Part shown: positions 1-9,995 of the stretch, piece after piece | Layout: every line of letters starts with the position of its first letter | Numbering within the stretch: the first letter of the stretch is position 1 | Origin: Acidobacteriota bacterium | Lineage (GTDB): Bacteria; Acidobacteriota; CAIWXX01 | Length of the DNA stretch: 64,000 bases | Direction: 5' to 3' | Assembly (NCBI GenBank): GCA_040755995.1 | Contig: JBFMAF010000028.1 | Coordinates: 64,001-128,000 of the forward strand | Program-made: the position numbers and the translations under genes | The notes under the pieces: generated by a model | The model's database searches: none | Seen by the model: only the letters and a program-made list of their open reading frames with translations | Told to the model about the DNA's origin: nothing

Positions 1-300
1 TTCTTCAACGCCCTGCCCATCCTGGGTGTCGACGGAAGCCTGGCGGACTCCGCCACGCCCGGGAGCAAGGCCATTGGCAAGGTTCGCGCGAAGACCGGAA
101 CGACCGCCGACTACGACCCATTGAATGACCGGGGCCTGCTCCTCGGGAAGGGGCTCGCCGGTTACGTGGACGCCGCGAGCGGGCGGCGCCTGGTCTTCGC
201 TGTCTACGTCAACAACGCGCCCTACCAGGACATCGACGGGATCATGGACGTGGGCCGTGACCTGGCACGCCTCACGGAAGCCATGCACGCGAACTTCTGA
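1..300 (+). CDS. dacB: D-alanyl-D-alanine carboxypeptidase/endopeptidase (peptidase S13, PBP4-like), 3' fragment
   Basis: Frame 1 reads FFNALPILGVDGSL...VRAKTGT...GLAGYVDAASGRRLVFAVYVNN...* (LPxxGxDG and KTG motifs of the S13 C-terminus). Truncated by the window edge and not in the ORF track. Confidence 0.85.
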   Translation, partial: FFNALPILGVDGSLADSATPGSKAIGKVRAKTGTTADYDPLNDRGLLLGKGLAGYVDAASGRRLVFAVYVNNAPYQDIDGIMDVGRDLARLTEAMHANF

Positions 301-360
301 CCGCCGGGCCTTGCAGGATGCCGAGTCGGGCTGCACGTTACCGCCCAGAGGGGGAGCAAA

Positions 361-1560
361 ATGTCCAAACATCGGATTGAGTCCTTGTCGATCGGCCGTG
401 GTGTCGCGGGCGCAATCGTCCTCGCGCTCCTGTTGGCCCTGAGTTTGCCGTCTGCGACGTATGGGGCCGGGACCCGCTGCGCCGACAGCGCGGCCAGAGC
501 CACTTCGGATGCGGGCACGCATGCGGGCGGGCAACGCAATGCGTACAGGGCAGCCGTCCTGCAAGTAGCGGAGGCGTATCACGTTCCAGGTGTTGTTGCC
601 GGCGTCTGGGTCCCAGGCCAAGAGCCCTGGAGAATCGCCCACGGACTTGGCGACGTGGATAGCGGCGCGCCAATCCGCTTCAACGACCGCTTCGCGATCC
701 GCAGCGTCACGAAGTCGTACACGGTGACCTTGATTCTCCAGCTGGTGCGCAGCAAGGCGATCTCGTTGGAGGACCCCATTGAGAAATGGGTCCCGGGGAT
801 TCCCAACGGGAACGAGATCACGCTCGCGAACCTCGCCGCCATGGAGAGCGGTGTGAAAAACTACTCCGACGTCGAGGCGTTCCTCTCTGCGTTGCAGGAG
901 GACTTTGGAAGGCCCTGGACCCCCGACGAGCTCCTCGCATTCGCCCTTCCATTTTCACCGGTATTCGCTCCGGCTGCGGAATACGAGTACAGCAACACCA
1001 ACACTATTCTGCTCGGCATGGTGGTGGAGAAGGTCACAGGGAAGGCGATCGCTGAAGCCTACCGCCAAGGGATCTTCGATCCTCTTGGACTTAGAGAGAC
1101 CTCGTACCCGAACAGCACAGACATCCCCACTCCTCACCCTACCCCTTACATTGTGGACCCGGCCACCGGCGAGGCGACAGAGTGTCCCGTCGTGAACCTC
1201 TCCGCCTTCGGCGCATCGGGTGGGATGGTGACGACGCTCAAGGAGCTCCACAAGTGGGGGAAAGCCCTTGGAACAGGCAAGCTCATCGGTCGCCGGCTTC
1301 ACAAGAAGCGGCTGCGGCACTCGCGGCCGGCCACCAGCGGTCCTGAGTACGACCGCTACGGCATCGGCATCGGAGAGCTGAAAGGCTGGTGGGGGCACAC
1401 CGGCGACGGCCTCGGATATCAGGCGGCGACGCTCTACGACCCGACGACCGGCAGCGTGATTTCCGTGGCCCTCAACTCATCCCAGGGTGTGAACGTTGCA
1501 GAAGAGGTCTTCAAAGCCCTCGCCGACGTCGTTCACCCGCCGGAGCAGAGGACAAGATAG
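361..1560 (+). CDS. Secreted serine hydrolase, beta-lactamase/D-Ala-D-Ala carboxypeptidase family
   Basis: Signal-peptide-like N-terminus; SxxK (SVTK), YxN (YSN) and HTG motifs. Confidence 0.88.
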   Translation: MSKHRIESLSIGRGVAGAIVLALLLALSLPSATYGAGTRCADSAARATSDAGTHAGGQRNAYRAAVLQVAEAYHVPGVVAGVWVPGQEPWRIAHGLGDVDSGAPIRFNDRFAIRSVTKSYTVTLILQLVRSKAISLEDPIEKWVPGIPNGNEITLANLAAMESGVKNYSDVEAFLSALQEDFGRPWTPDELLAFALPFSPVFAPAAEYEYSNTNTILLGMVVEKVTGKAIAEAYRQGIFDPLGLRETSYPNSTDIPTPHPTPYIVDPATGEATECPVVNLSAFGASGGMVTTLKELHKWGKALGTGKLIGRRLHKKRLRHSRPATSGPEYDRYGIGIGELKGWWGHTGDGLGYQAATLYDPTTGSVISVALNSSQGVNVAEEVFKALADVVHPPEQRTR

Positions 1561-1719
1561 GCCGCTGATCCCAGCTGGCAGCCGGCCAGCTCTTGAATGT
1601 TCGATCCACGTTGCTGAGCACGGAAGGGACTTCGCCAGTACGGCTGCTGACTGGTGCGCGTGGCGGCGTCTCTACGTCCCTACCTGGAGTAGAATGTGTT
1701 GGGAGAGGGAGATCAACGA

Positions 1720-2766
1720 ATGCGACATCTCGAGTTTCGGAGTGACACGATGACGCGCCCGTCACAGGCGATGCGGCAGGCGATGTTCGAAGCCGAGGTC
1801 GGCGACGATGTGCGCGGCGAGGACCCGACCGTCAACAAGCTGGAGGAGATGTCGGCCGCACTCCTTGGCAAGGAAGCCGCCCTCTTCGTCCCCAGCGGCA
1901 CCTTTGGAAATCAGTGTTCGATCGGGGTTCACACGCGGCCGGGGGATGAGGTCATCGTATCGGAGACGACGCACGTGGTCGAACACGAGGCCGGCGCTTC
2001 CGGCATCCTCAGCGGGGTGCAGCTCCGGACTCTTCTGCCATCGCGAGAGAGCTACATCACCGCCGATGAGGTCCGGCCCCGCCTGCGGATAGGTGACGAT
2101 ATTCACTACCCGCGTTCACGCCTGATCATTCTGGAGAACGCGCTTGCCGATGGCACCGTAATGCCACTCGATGCCATGAGCGCCGTGAAGAAGCTCGCGG
2201 AGGAGCACGGCCTCGCGGTGCATCTCGACGGGGCCCGCCTCTTCAACGCAGCAATCGCGCTACGGGTCGAAGCGCGTTCGATTGCTGCGCTCTGCGACAC
2301 CGTGACCTTCTGCCTGTCGAAGGGACTGGGCGCGCCGGTCGGCAGCGTGCTGTGCGGCACCGCGGGATTGATCAAGGATGCCCGCAAGCGCCGCAAGATC
2401 ATGGGTGGCGGCATGCGCCAGGTGGGAGTCCTTGCCGCCCCGGGGATCATCGCTTTGACCGACGGCGTCCGTCGTCTCCACGAGGATCACGACAACGCAA
2501 GACTCCTGGGGGAGCTGCTCGAGCCGATCCCGGGCGTCGTGCTCGATCTTCGAAAAGTCCAAACCAACATGGTGTGGATCAACGTCGAGAAAGCCGGGAA
2601 GACCGAAGAGGGGCTGGTCGAGTTCCTCCGGACACGGGGAATATTCACATATCCACCCACGGAGTGGGGAATTCGCTTCGTGACCAGCAGCGAAGTGAAC
2701 GAAACGGACGTCCGCGCGCTGGCGGAAGCGGTGGCGCAATATCTTGGGAGCGCGGCCGGACAGTAG
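1720..2766 (+). CDS. ltaE: Low-specificity L-threonine aldolase
   Basis: FRSDT, GDDVRGEDPTV, LFVPSGT, HLDGARLFNA, CLSKGLGAPVGS (PLP lysine), GGGMRQ. Confidence 0.93.
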   Translation: MRHLEFRSDTMTRPSQAMRQAMFEAEVGDDVRGEDPTVNKLEEMSAALLGKEAALFVPSGTFGNQCSIGVHTRPGDEVIVSETTHVVEHEAGASGILSGVQLRTLLPSRESYITADEVRPRLRIGDDIHYPRSRLIILENALADGTVMPLDAMSAVKKLAEEHGLAVHLDGARLFNAAIALRVEARSIAALCDTVTFCLSKGLGAPVGSVLCGTAGLIKDARKRRKIMGGGMRQVGVLAAPGIIALTDGVRRLHEDHDNARLLGELLEPIPGVVLDLRKVQTNMVWINVEKAGKTEEGLVEFLRTRGIFTYPPTEWGIRFVTSSEVNETDVRALAEAVAQYLGSAAGQ

Positions 2767-2868
2767 GGGCGGCGGCGGGCAGGTTGGCTCGGAGTGAGTT
2801 TGCCACTTCCTTGTGATCCGGAATCGAGAAGGCGTCGGAACGGCCGGTCTAAGGCCGGACTACGGTCG

Positions 2869-2897
2869 TTGCTCCCCCGTGTGAAACATGTTAATCT
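2869..2897 (+). promoter_or_regulatory. Putative sigma-70 promoter of the Phd/VapC operon (probably leaderless)
   Basis: TTGCTC-N17-TAATCT with extended -10 TG; an AACATGTT palindrome overlaps it; ATG lies 6 nt after the -10. Confidence 0.45.
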
Positions 2898-2903
2898 TAT
2901 CTC

Positions 2904-3161
2904 ATGAAGATGATGTCTGTCCGAGACCTCCGCCAGCGCTGGCCGGCGGCGGAAAAGGCCCTTGCCGCCGAAGGTGAGATCGTAGTGACACGTGACTCCA
3001 AGCCGGTCGCGAGGATACTGCCTTTCAAGCTGCGGGATAGCAGACCGCGCAAGCGATTCGATGCGGAAACCCACCTGCGGTGGATGGCGAGATTCTGGAG
3101 AGGGCGAAGGCTGCCGCCCATCGACGCCGAGTTGGCTGGGGACCGCGCCGATAGTGACTGA
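2904..3161 (+). CDS. Phd/YefM-family antitoxin
   Basis: 85 aa, MSVRDLR...EIVVTRDSKPVARI pattern; upstream of a PIN toxin. Confidence 0.75.
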   Translation: MKMMSVRDLRQRWPAAEKALAAEGEIVVTRDSKPVARILPFKLRDSRPRKRFDAETHLRWMARFWRGRRLPPIDAELAGDRADSD

Positions 3162-3250
3162 TCATCCGGGCCTCAACGAACGCGCGATCGGGGTCAACGC
3201 CGCCATGCCGATCAGGTGGATCGGATAGGCGAAGGACTGGACGGCCGCCG

Positions 3251-3685
3251 GTGGCGCTCTACCTCGACACGAGTTGCCTCTTGAAGCTCCTGTTTTCGGA
3301 GCCCGAGAGCGCGCGAGTCGCTCAGATCATTGCAGCCGAGAAGCGAGTCATCGTCTCGTCACTGGGTCGGCTCGAAGCGCTGGTGCGAATACGCGCACGC
3401 CGCTTGAGCGGTAGCATCAGTGCCGCAGAGGGGCGGCGACTGCTGCGGGCGCTCGACAGACTCACGAGCGCAGAGCCCTTCGTGACTCTGGATTGCCCTG
3501 TCACGATCTTCAAGGACGCCGAGCGACAGTTAGCGTCCGGTATCTCCAGGACTTGCTGCCGAACACTCGACCGGCTACACCTGGCAGCGGCGCTTGCACT
3601 GGAAGCCAAGCGGCTCCTGACCAACGACGACGCGCAGGCGAGGGCCGCCAAGGCGCTGAAGCTCCGCGTAGTGATACCGCGCTGA
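3251..3685 (+). CDS. vapC: PIN-domain (VapC-family) toxin
   Basis: YLDTSCLLK...E...RTLDRLHLAAA...LLTNDDAQ PIN acidic motifs. Confidence 0.88.
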   Translation: MALYLDTSCLLKLLFSEPESARVAQIIAAEKRVIVSSLGRLEALVRIRARRLSGSISAAEGRRLLRALDRLTSAEPFVTLDCPVTIFKDAERQLASGISRTCCRTLDRLHLAAALALEAKRLLTNDDAQARAAKALKLRVVIPR

Positions 3686-3804
3686 GCTGCACACCATGGG
3701 TCGCGGCGGCACGGCCAAGACGTCGGCCCGGTGAGCAAGCTGACCCTGAGATCTCTTCCCCGCCTGATCTCGGCGGGATCGAGCCCTGTTCTCGCCCGCG
3801 ATAC

Positions 3805-5877
3805 CTACCCTCGGCCGCCCGAGACCACGCGGTCGCGCCCCGAGTTCTTGGCCTGGTAAAGGGCTTTGTCGGCGGCTGCCGCCAGCGAGACGTGGTCGTC
3901 ATCGCCGCTGAGCTCGGCGACACCCGCGCTGAACGTGACCGAGAACTGCGAGCCGTCCGGGGCCATGTGGCGGACGAGAGCGAAGCCGCTGCGGATCCGG
4001 TCGAGGACGGCGACGGCGGAAGCGGCGTCCGACCCGGTGAAGATCAGCGCGAACTCGTCGCCGCCGTAGCGCCCGATGACATCGCTCTTGCGCATGCGTT
4101 CCTGCAGGAGGCGCGAGAGGCTCTTGAGCACGCGATCGCCCGCATGGTGGCCGTAAGTGTCGTTGACCGTCTTGAATCGATCGACATCCAGCATCGCGAA
4201 GGAAAAGGTGCTGTTGTTTCGCCGGGCACGCGCGATCACGACGCCGAGGATCTCCTTGATCTTCGAATGCGTGAGCAGACCGGTCAGGCTGTCCTGTGCC
4301 ATCACCGAGCGCAGGTCGCGGAACCGCTGCGCCCTCGCCACCACCGACGAGATCAATCGCGATGGCTCGATCGGCTTCGCAAGGAAATCATCTCCGCCCA
4401 GACCGAGGGCGGCAACCTGCTTGTCCAGGTTTGTCTCGGTCGAGAGAAACACGATAGGCAGGCTGATGTTGGCGGCCTGCTGGCGCAAGACGCCGGCGAG
4501 TTCCATCCCGGTGCATCCCGGCATGTACAGATCCATGAGGATCAGCTCCGGATCGAAGTCGGCGATCCACTTCATCAGGTCCGCCGGCTCGGTTACGACC
4601 TGCGTGCTCATTCCGGCATGCTGCAGGGCGAGCGCGTAGTGGGTGGCCAGCTGCTGGTCATCTTCGACGATGAGCACGCGAAACGGCACCGGCTCGTCGT
4701 GAGATGTCAGCGTGTCGAGCCGATGTACGAGCTCCCAGATGTCGACCGGCTTGGTGAAATACCCGCAACCTCCTGCGCGCACCGCCTCCAGCCGTGCCGT
4801 CAGGTCGCCGCGCGCTGACAGAAACACTACCGGCACCCGCTTGTCCGGCGATTGGTGCAAGTCGGCGGCGACGCGGGCTCCGGCCAGCTCCCCCTCCGGG
4901 AACATCATGTCCATGACGACCGCGGCGGGCTCATCCTGCGCCACCGCCTGCTTGATCCCGTCGAGACAGTCGAAGACGCGCACGGTGAAATCGTACAGAC
5001 TGATCTGCCGGGCGAGGTCCCCGGCGTGCGCCGGATCGGCGTCGACGAGGTAGATCAGGCGGCGGCCGGATGAGGGGCGGACGGACGGCTGCGGAGCTTG
5101 AATGTGCTGCAGCCTCGGAGCTCGAACAAGGGCGGTCGCCCTGGAGGCAGTGCGCCTGAGCGAGGAAACGAGCGAGCGCACGTGAGCCGCGTGCTGCGCA
5201 GACGGCGCGTGATCAGCGCCGATGAGCGAGACCAGCGCGCGCTCCAGGCCGCGTGCCTCGTCGGTGACGGCAGGCAGCCCGAATGTCGCAGCCGCTCCGA
5301 TCAGCCCGTGCACCCTGCGATGCAGATCCTGCACCTGCTCGACGTCCCACACCACCTCGACCAGCGCCTCCCACATCTCCTGTATCTCGCGCAACCTCTC
5401 CGGGAGCTGCTCGCGGTATGTCTTCCCGAGATCTTCGATCTTCTCCTCTATCTCCGACTGCGGCTGCTCTGCCTTCTGCCCCTCCTCCGGCGGCAGCAAC
5501 CTCCCGACACTCTGGGCCAGATCGCTCAACTCGAAGGGCTTCATCAGGAACTCGTCGGCCCCGTACCCCTTCCCCTCCATCTTGTAGCTGGTCTTCTTGT
5601 AGACAGCAGTCATCAGGATAAGCGGCGTTGCCGCCAGCTCAGGGTCTTCCTTGATCCTCTTGCACAGCTCGAACCCGTGCATGCGAGGCAGCAGCAGATC
5701 GGTGATCACGAGGTCGGGACGATTGTCGTGCACGAGCTGGTAGCCCGCGACACCGTCCCGCGCCAAAAGCACCTCGTACCCGCGCTGTTCCAGGAACACC
5801 TGGATCAGCTCGCCGAATTTGGCATTGTCATCAACAACGACTATACGCCTTGCCACGCTGTTCCTCGTCCCCCTCAA
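3805..5877 (-). CDS. Diguanylate cyclase with REC-Hpt-REC-REC-GGDEF architecture
   Basis: Three receiver domains (VVDDN/TDLLLP, LVDAD/MDMMFP, IVEDD/MDLYMP), Hpt-like VHGLIGAAATFG, RYGGDEF with RKSD I-site. Confidence 0.92.
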   Translation of the reverse strand: MRGTRNSVARRIVVVDDNAKFGELIQVFLEQRGYEVLLARDGVAGYQLVHDNRPDLVITDLLLPRMHGFELCKRIKEDPELAATPLILMTAVYKKTSYKMEGKGYGADEFLMKPFELSDLAQSVGRLLPPEEGQKAEQPQSEIEEKIEDLGKTYREQLPERLREIQEMWEALVEVVWDVEQVQDLHRRVHGLIGAAATFGLPAVTDEARGLERALVSLIGADHAPSAQHAAHVRSLVSSLRRTASRATALVRAPRLQHIQAPQPSVRPSSGRRLIYLVDADPAHAGDLARQISLYDFTVRVFDCLDGIKQAVAQDEPAAVVMDMMFPEGELAGARVAADLHQSPDKRVPVVFLSARGDLTARLEAVRAGGCGYFTKPVDIWELVHRLDTLTSHDEPVPFRVLIVEDDQQLATHYALALQHAGMSTQVVTEPADLMKWIADFDPELILMDLYMPGCTGMELAGVLRQQAANISLPIVFLSTETNLDKQVAALGLGGDDFLAKPIEPSRLISSVVARAQRFRDLRSVMAQDSLTGLLTHSKIKEILGVVIARARRNNSTFSFAMLDVDRFKTVNDTYGHHAGDRVLKSLSRLLQERMRKSDVIGRYGGDEFALIFTGSDAASAVAVLDRIRSGFALVRHMAPDGSQFSVTFSAGVAELSGDDDHVSLAAAADKALYQAKNSGRDRVVSGGRG

Positions 5878-6617
5878 ATACCGCCTCCGCCCCCGTCAGT
5901 GCGGGACCAGCTCGATCTCAGTACAGGGTACTGGATTCCGCGCTCATGGCACCGGACCAGACCATCGATGATCCCGTCTATCAGGCACGCGGGAGTCGAG
6001 AACGCCATCTCCCAGTCTTCCGTATGCCCATAAACCCGGCTGCCGTTGCACGGAAGGATGAGCCGCGGCCTGCCCTCTGCGGCGGTCCGGAGCAGCACGT
6101 CCGCGCAGTCCGGCGCAGCCGAGACCGAGGACGGCATCTCGCCGGGCCGGTCGAGCGCCCAGGCGGACATGAGCACCATGACCTGCGCGGAGTTTCCGTA
6201 GACGACGAAGACGTCGGGAGCAAACGTCGCGCGGGCGATCGGCGCGACCAGGACGCCGGCGTAGTCGGTCAGAGTGGACCCGGACCCAGTGGCGGCTCCG
6301 CCGGCCAGGGAATGGAGATCTTCGGAAGGCGCGCACGGGTGGCTCAGGGCAAAATCATCCTCACCCGAATCCAGACCGAACAGTCGTCGCTGGATCGGGC
6401 ACGCGGCATCTTCGGCTCCGAGGTACATCGCCCAACCGTGGCGTCTTGTCATCGTGACCACCTGGCAGAGCGACATCTTCTCGCCGAAATCCCGGAACGG
6501 CCGCTTCGCGCGTTCGGGAAGATCTTCCCCGCGCTTGACGAGGCGAAGCGCGAGTGGGAAGGTGGCAGGGCGCACGTACTCGCAAATCTGCGCGTGGATC
6601 TCCGCGAGGGCTCTCAT
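5874..6617 (-). CDS. DUF169-family protein
   Basis: CQVVTMTRRHG...DAACP, PDVFVVYGNSAQVM, PCNGSRVYG...DWEMAF pattern. Start placed at ATG 6617; its stop overlaps the start of the cyclase gene. Confidence 0.75.
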   Translation of the reverse strand: MRALAEIHAQICEYVRPATFPLALRLVKRGEDLPERAKRPFRDFGEKMSLCQVVTMTRRHGWAMYLGAEDAACPIQRRLFGLDSGEDDFALSHPCAPSEDLHSLAGGAATGSGSTLTDYAGVLVAPIARATFAPDVFVVYGNSAQVMVLMSAWALDRPGEMPSSVSAAPDCADVLLRTAAEGRPRLILPCNGSRVYGHTEDWEMAFSTPACLIDGIIDGLVRCHERGIQYPVLRSSWSRTDGGGGGI

Positions 6618-6850
6618 GACTGCGAGATCGATTCGGTCCGCCCGGTCTACTGGCGAGGCGCGGCCTCGGACCGATGAATTCTGCGAGGCCGCTCCACCCG
6701 CGCCCCGCGTGGAGTGTCGAGAGTGGAGCATGGAAAGTGGGTGGCTCCCGCGTGACAATGGCGCGCCGCGCCACAAACTTGACTCAATCGCAACATGTTT
6801 CTTCGCCTCAAGCCGCCTCGGACCCATTCCCTGCGGTGGCCGGGTCTCCA

Positions 6851-8464
6851 CTAGAGGGTCACGACCTCTCGCTCCGGAGTCCTCAGCGCCCCGCGGTCAC
6901 CGAGCGTCCCGTAAGTGAGACCGCTCAATGCTTCGACCTCGAACGACATCTGTCTGAACACGTCCTCGGCGTGTTTCAACGCCTCATATCCCTGCAGCCC
7001 GAAGCGCCGCCCGATCTCCACCAGCCACTGCCACTGCGGGAGGCACGCGCCGGGCGGCTCCATCGCCTTCTCGAACCGCTGGACTCGCCCCTGCATGTTG
7101 GTGAATGTCCCGTCGCTTTCGCTCCACGCGGCCGCCGGTAACAATACGGTTGCGTATGGTGACAGCGGCGACGGCTGCAGCTCGAACACGACGAGCAGTT
7201 CGAGCTTCCCCAGCACATGCAGCTCGCTCTTCAGGTCCGACACGCGATTCCCTGCCAGCGCGAAGAGCGCCTTGATCTCCCCTTTCGCGATCGCGTTCTT
7301 CAGCCCGGCGTAACCGCAACCGCTCTCCCGAATCCCCGCGTCCCGAGCGCCGTCGATGTTGGGCGCCTTGCAAGGTGGGATCTGGAACCCCGGGTAGTCC
7401 TCGGCCGCGCCGAGATCCTCGGCGTCGTTCAGGCCGAACTGGCTGGCGCCGAATGCATCTCGCATGAATCGCCAGAGCATGTAGTTGTCTTCGTTCGATC
7501 CATGCGGCGATCCCAGGCCGAAGAAGGCTGCTCCGCCGTCGCGCTGCTTTGTGCGCCTGGCGGCTTCGTAGACCTGCGCGTAGGCCTCTTCCCGCGTGGC
7601 AGCCTTGAGGTCCCCGTCCGAGCGAACCGATATGCCCCGACAGCGATCCCCCTCCAGCAGGCGATGGAATTCGAACCGGCCGTGGTCGCACATCCAGTAG
7701 CCGTTGACATGCGGGTTGTATCGCGGGACCGTCCGCAGGAGCTCGTTGGTGCGCCACTTGACATGGAGGCTGGTCGAGCACCCCTTCTCGCAGAACGGGC
7801 AGATCGACTGGTATGACTTGATCTCCCACGGCCGCGCCTTGAATCGATAGTCCTTGCTCGTGAGCGCGCCCACGGGACAGATGTCGACGAGGTTCCCCTG
7901 CAGAGATCCGCTCAGGTCCTCGTTGTCGAACGTACCGAGCTCGGAGTGCTGCCCGCGGTAGAAAAAGTCCAGCTCGGCCTTGCCCCGCACCTCGGCGCAG
8001 AACCGCACGCATCGAGTGCAGCGGATGCAGCGGTTCATGTTCAGCTTGATCGCCGGGCCCAGGTTCCGCTCGGCGAACGTCTGCTTGGGAAACTCGTAGC
8101 GGCTCTTGCCCTGCCCGTAGCCGTACGAGTAGTCCTGCAGATCGCACTCCCCGCCCTGATCGCACACCGGGCAGTCCAGCGGGTGATTGATCAGGAGGAA
8201 CTCCATCACCCCGTGCTGCGCCTTGTGCACTTCGTCGCTGGTCGTGATTACCTTCATGTTGTCGGCCACGGGGGTGGAGCAGGCGGTCTGGAGCTTGGGA
8301 ATGCCCTCGATCTTCACCAGGCACATCCGGCAGTTCCCGACCACACTCAGCGCCGGATGGTAGCAGTAGTGCGGGATGTGGATCTTGATCGTCTTGGCGG
8401 CCTCGAGGACTGAAGTGCCTTTGGGAACCGAGACCTCTTTGCCGTCGATGGTGAGCGTTGGCAT
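6851..8464 (-). CDS. nuoG: NADH:quinone oxidoreductase subunit G-like (Fe-S, molybdopterin-oxidoreductase fold)
   Basis: CYHP..GNCRMC, NHPLDCPVCDQGGECDLQD, RCIRCTRCVRFC, CPVGALT, CPFCEKGC, GTFTNMQGRVQ. Confidence 0.9.
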   Translation of the reverse strand: MPTLTIDGKEVSVPKGTSVLEAAKTIKIHIPHYCYHPALSVVGNCRMCLVKIEGIPKLQTACSTPVADNMKVITTSDEVHKAQHGVMEFLLINHPLDCPVCDQGGECDLQDYSYGYGQGKSRYEFPKQTFAERNLGPAIKLNMNRCIRCTRCVRFCAEVRGKAELDFFYRGQHSELGTFDNEDLSGSLQGNLVDICPVGALTSKDYRFKARPWEIKSYQSICPFCEKGCSTSLHVKWRTNELLRTVPRYNPHVNGYWMCDHGRFEFHRLLEGDRCRGISVRSDGDLKAATREEAYAQVYEAARRTKQRDGGAAFFGLGSPHGSNEDNYMLWRFMRDAFGASQFGLNDAEDLGAAEDYPGFQIPPCKAPNIDGARDAGIRESGCGYAGLKNAIAKGEIKALFALAGNRVSDLKSELHVLGKLELLVVFELQPSPLSPYATVLLPAAAWSESDGTFTNMQGRVQRFEKAMEPPGACLPQWQWLVEIGRRFGLQGYEALKHAEDVFRQMSFEVEALSGLTYGTLGDRGALRTPEREVVTL

Positions 8465-8488
8465 GCTGGTGATCCTCCTGGCGCAGGC

Positions 8489-9772
8489 TCAGTGCACGGG
8501 CTCCGGCGGCTGGTTCCCGAATGGACAGCGCCGCAGCCGCACATGCTCCAGAAACTCCTCCTTGAACTTACGAACGAACGCTTCGAATGGATACGCGAAG
8601 GCGTCGCCGAACGGGCAGAGCGTCTTGCCCTTGACGTTCTCGCAGATGTCCGAGATGAGTGCCAGGTCGGTCTCCTTGCCCTCCCCGCACTCCAGGCGCC
8701 GGAACAGCTTCTCCAGCCACCCGATTCCCTCGCGGCAGGGCGTGCACTTCCCACAACTCTCCTCGTAGAAGAACTTCGCCGTCGTATGCGCGACCTTGAC
8801 CATGCATGTGGTGTCGTCCATAACGATGGCTCCGCCCGACCCGAGCATGCTGCCGACCTTGGCCAGCGAGTCGAAATCGAGCGAGACGTTGCACTCGTCG
8901 GCGCGCAGAACCGGAGCCGACGCGCCCCCGGGGATGACTGCCTTCAACTTGCGGCCTTCGCGAATCCCACCGCAGTTGTCGTTGATCAGGTGCATGAGGT
9001 TGGTGCCGAGCGGCAGCTCGTAGACACCGGGCCGCGCCACGTGCCCGCTGACGGAGAAAAGCTTCGTCCCCTTGTTCCTGGCCGGACCTATCGACGCGAA
9101 CCACTCTGGTCCGTTGAGGACGATCGACGGCAGTGCGGCGAGGGTCTCGACGTTGTTGATGACCGTCGGGCCCTTGAACAGGCCTACGAGCGCCGGGAAG
9201 GGCGGCTTGAGCCTCGGCTGCCCCCGCTTCCCTTCGAGAGATTCCAGCAGCGCGGTCTCCTCGCCGCAAATGTAGGCGCCGGCGCCGCGATGGACGGAGA
9301 CGTCGAGGTCGAAGCCCTTCCCGAGGATGTTCTTGCCCAGAAGGTTCTTGGCGTAGGCCTGCGCGATCGCATCCTCGAGCACCTCAGCGCCGGACGAGAA
9401 CTCTCCACGGATATAGATGAATGCCGTGTGTATCCCCACCGCATAACAACAGATGATGATGCCTTCAAGCAGAAGGAACGGTTCGTACTCTATGATCTGC
9501 CGATCCTTGAAAGTCCCCGGCTCACTCTCGTCCGCGTTGCAGCAGAGGTACTTCGGCGACGCGCTCTCCTTCGGCACGAAGCCCCACTTCATTCCGGCCG
9601 AGAATCCCGCGCCGCCCCGGCCCCGAATCTCCGACTTCCTGACGATGTCGATCAGGTCGTGCGGCGGGACGGTGAGCGCCTTCTCGACGGCGCGATAGCC
9701 CCCGGCCTGAAGATAAGTATCGAGCTTTCTGAACCCGGCCTGTCCCATGTGCGCGATCAGTGTAGCTTCCAT
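8489..9772 (-). CDS. nuoF: NADH:quinone oxidoreductase subunit F (FMN/NADH-binding)
   Basis: GRGGAGF, NADESEPGTFKDR, GAGAYICGEETALLESLEG, ESCGKCTPCREG. Confidence 0.95.
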   Translation of the reverse strand: MEATLIAHMGQAGFRKLDTYLQAGGYRAVEKALTVPPHDLIDIVRKSEIRGRGGAGFSAGMKWGFVPKESASPKYLCCNADESEPGTFKDRQIIEYEPFLLLEGIIICCYAVGIHTAFIYIRGEFSSGAEVLEDAIAQAYAKNLLGKNILGKGFDLDVSVHRGAGAYICGEETALLESLEGKRGQPRLKPPFPALVGLFKGPTVINNVETLAALPSIVLNGPEWFASIGPARNKGTKLFSVSGHVARPGVYELPLGTNLMHLINDNCGGIREGRKLKAVIPGGASAPVLRADECNVSLDFDSLAKVGSMLGSGGAIVMDDTTCMVKVAHTTAKFFYEESCGKCTPCREGIGWLEKLFRRLECGEGKETDLALISDICENVKGKTLCPFGDAFAYPFEAFVRKFKEEFLEHVRLRRCPFGNQPPEPVH

Positions 9773-9960
9773 TCTGTCCTGCCTCTATAACCAGAAGCCC
9801 GTATTATTCCAGATCGCAGTGTTCATCACAAGGTTACCCTCGCCCGTTCGAACGCGCGCAACATGAAGTCGATCATGGAACCGGCGAGCCGCAGGGAAGC
9901 GGTCGGTGTAGGGGCGACGCATGCGTCGCCCCTGCGGTTGCACATACATGTTCCCTGAGG

Positions 9961-9988
9961 TTGACGCTCGGCGCATCCTGCGTATAAT
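9961..9988 (+). promoter_or_regulatory. Sigma-70 promoter, probably leaderless
   Basis: TTGACG-N16-TATAAT; in-frame GTG at 9996, 7 nt after the -10. Confidence 0.65.
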
Positions 9989-9995
9989 TCCAGCA

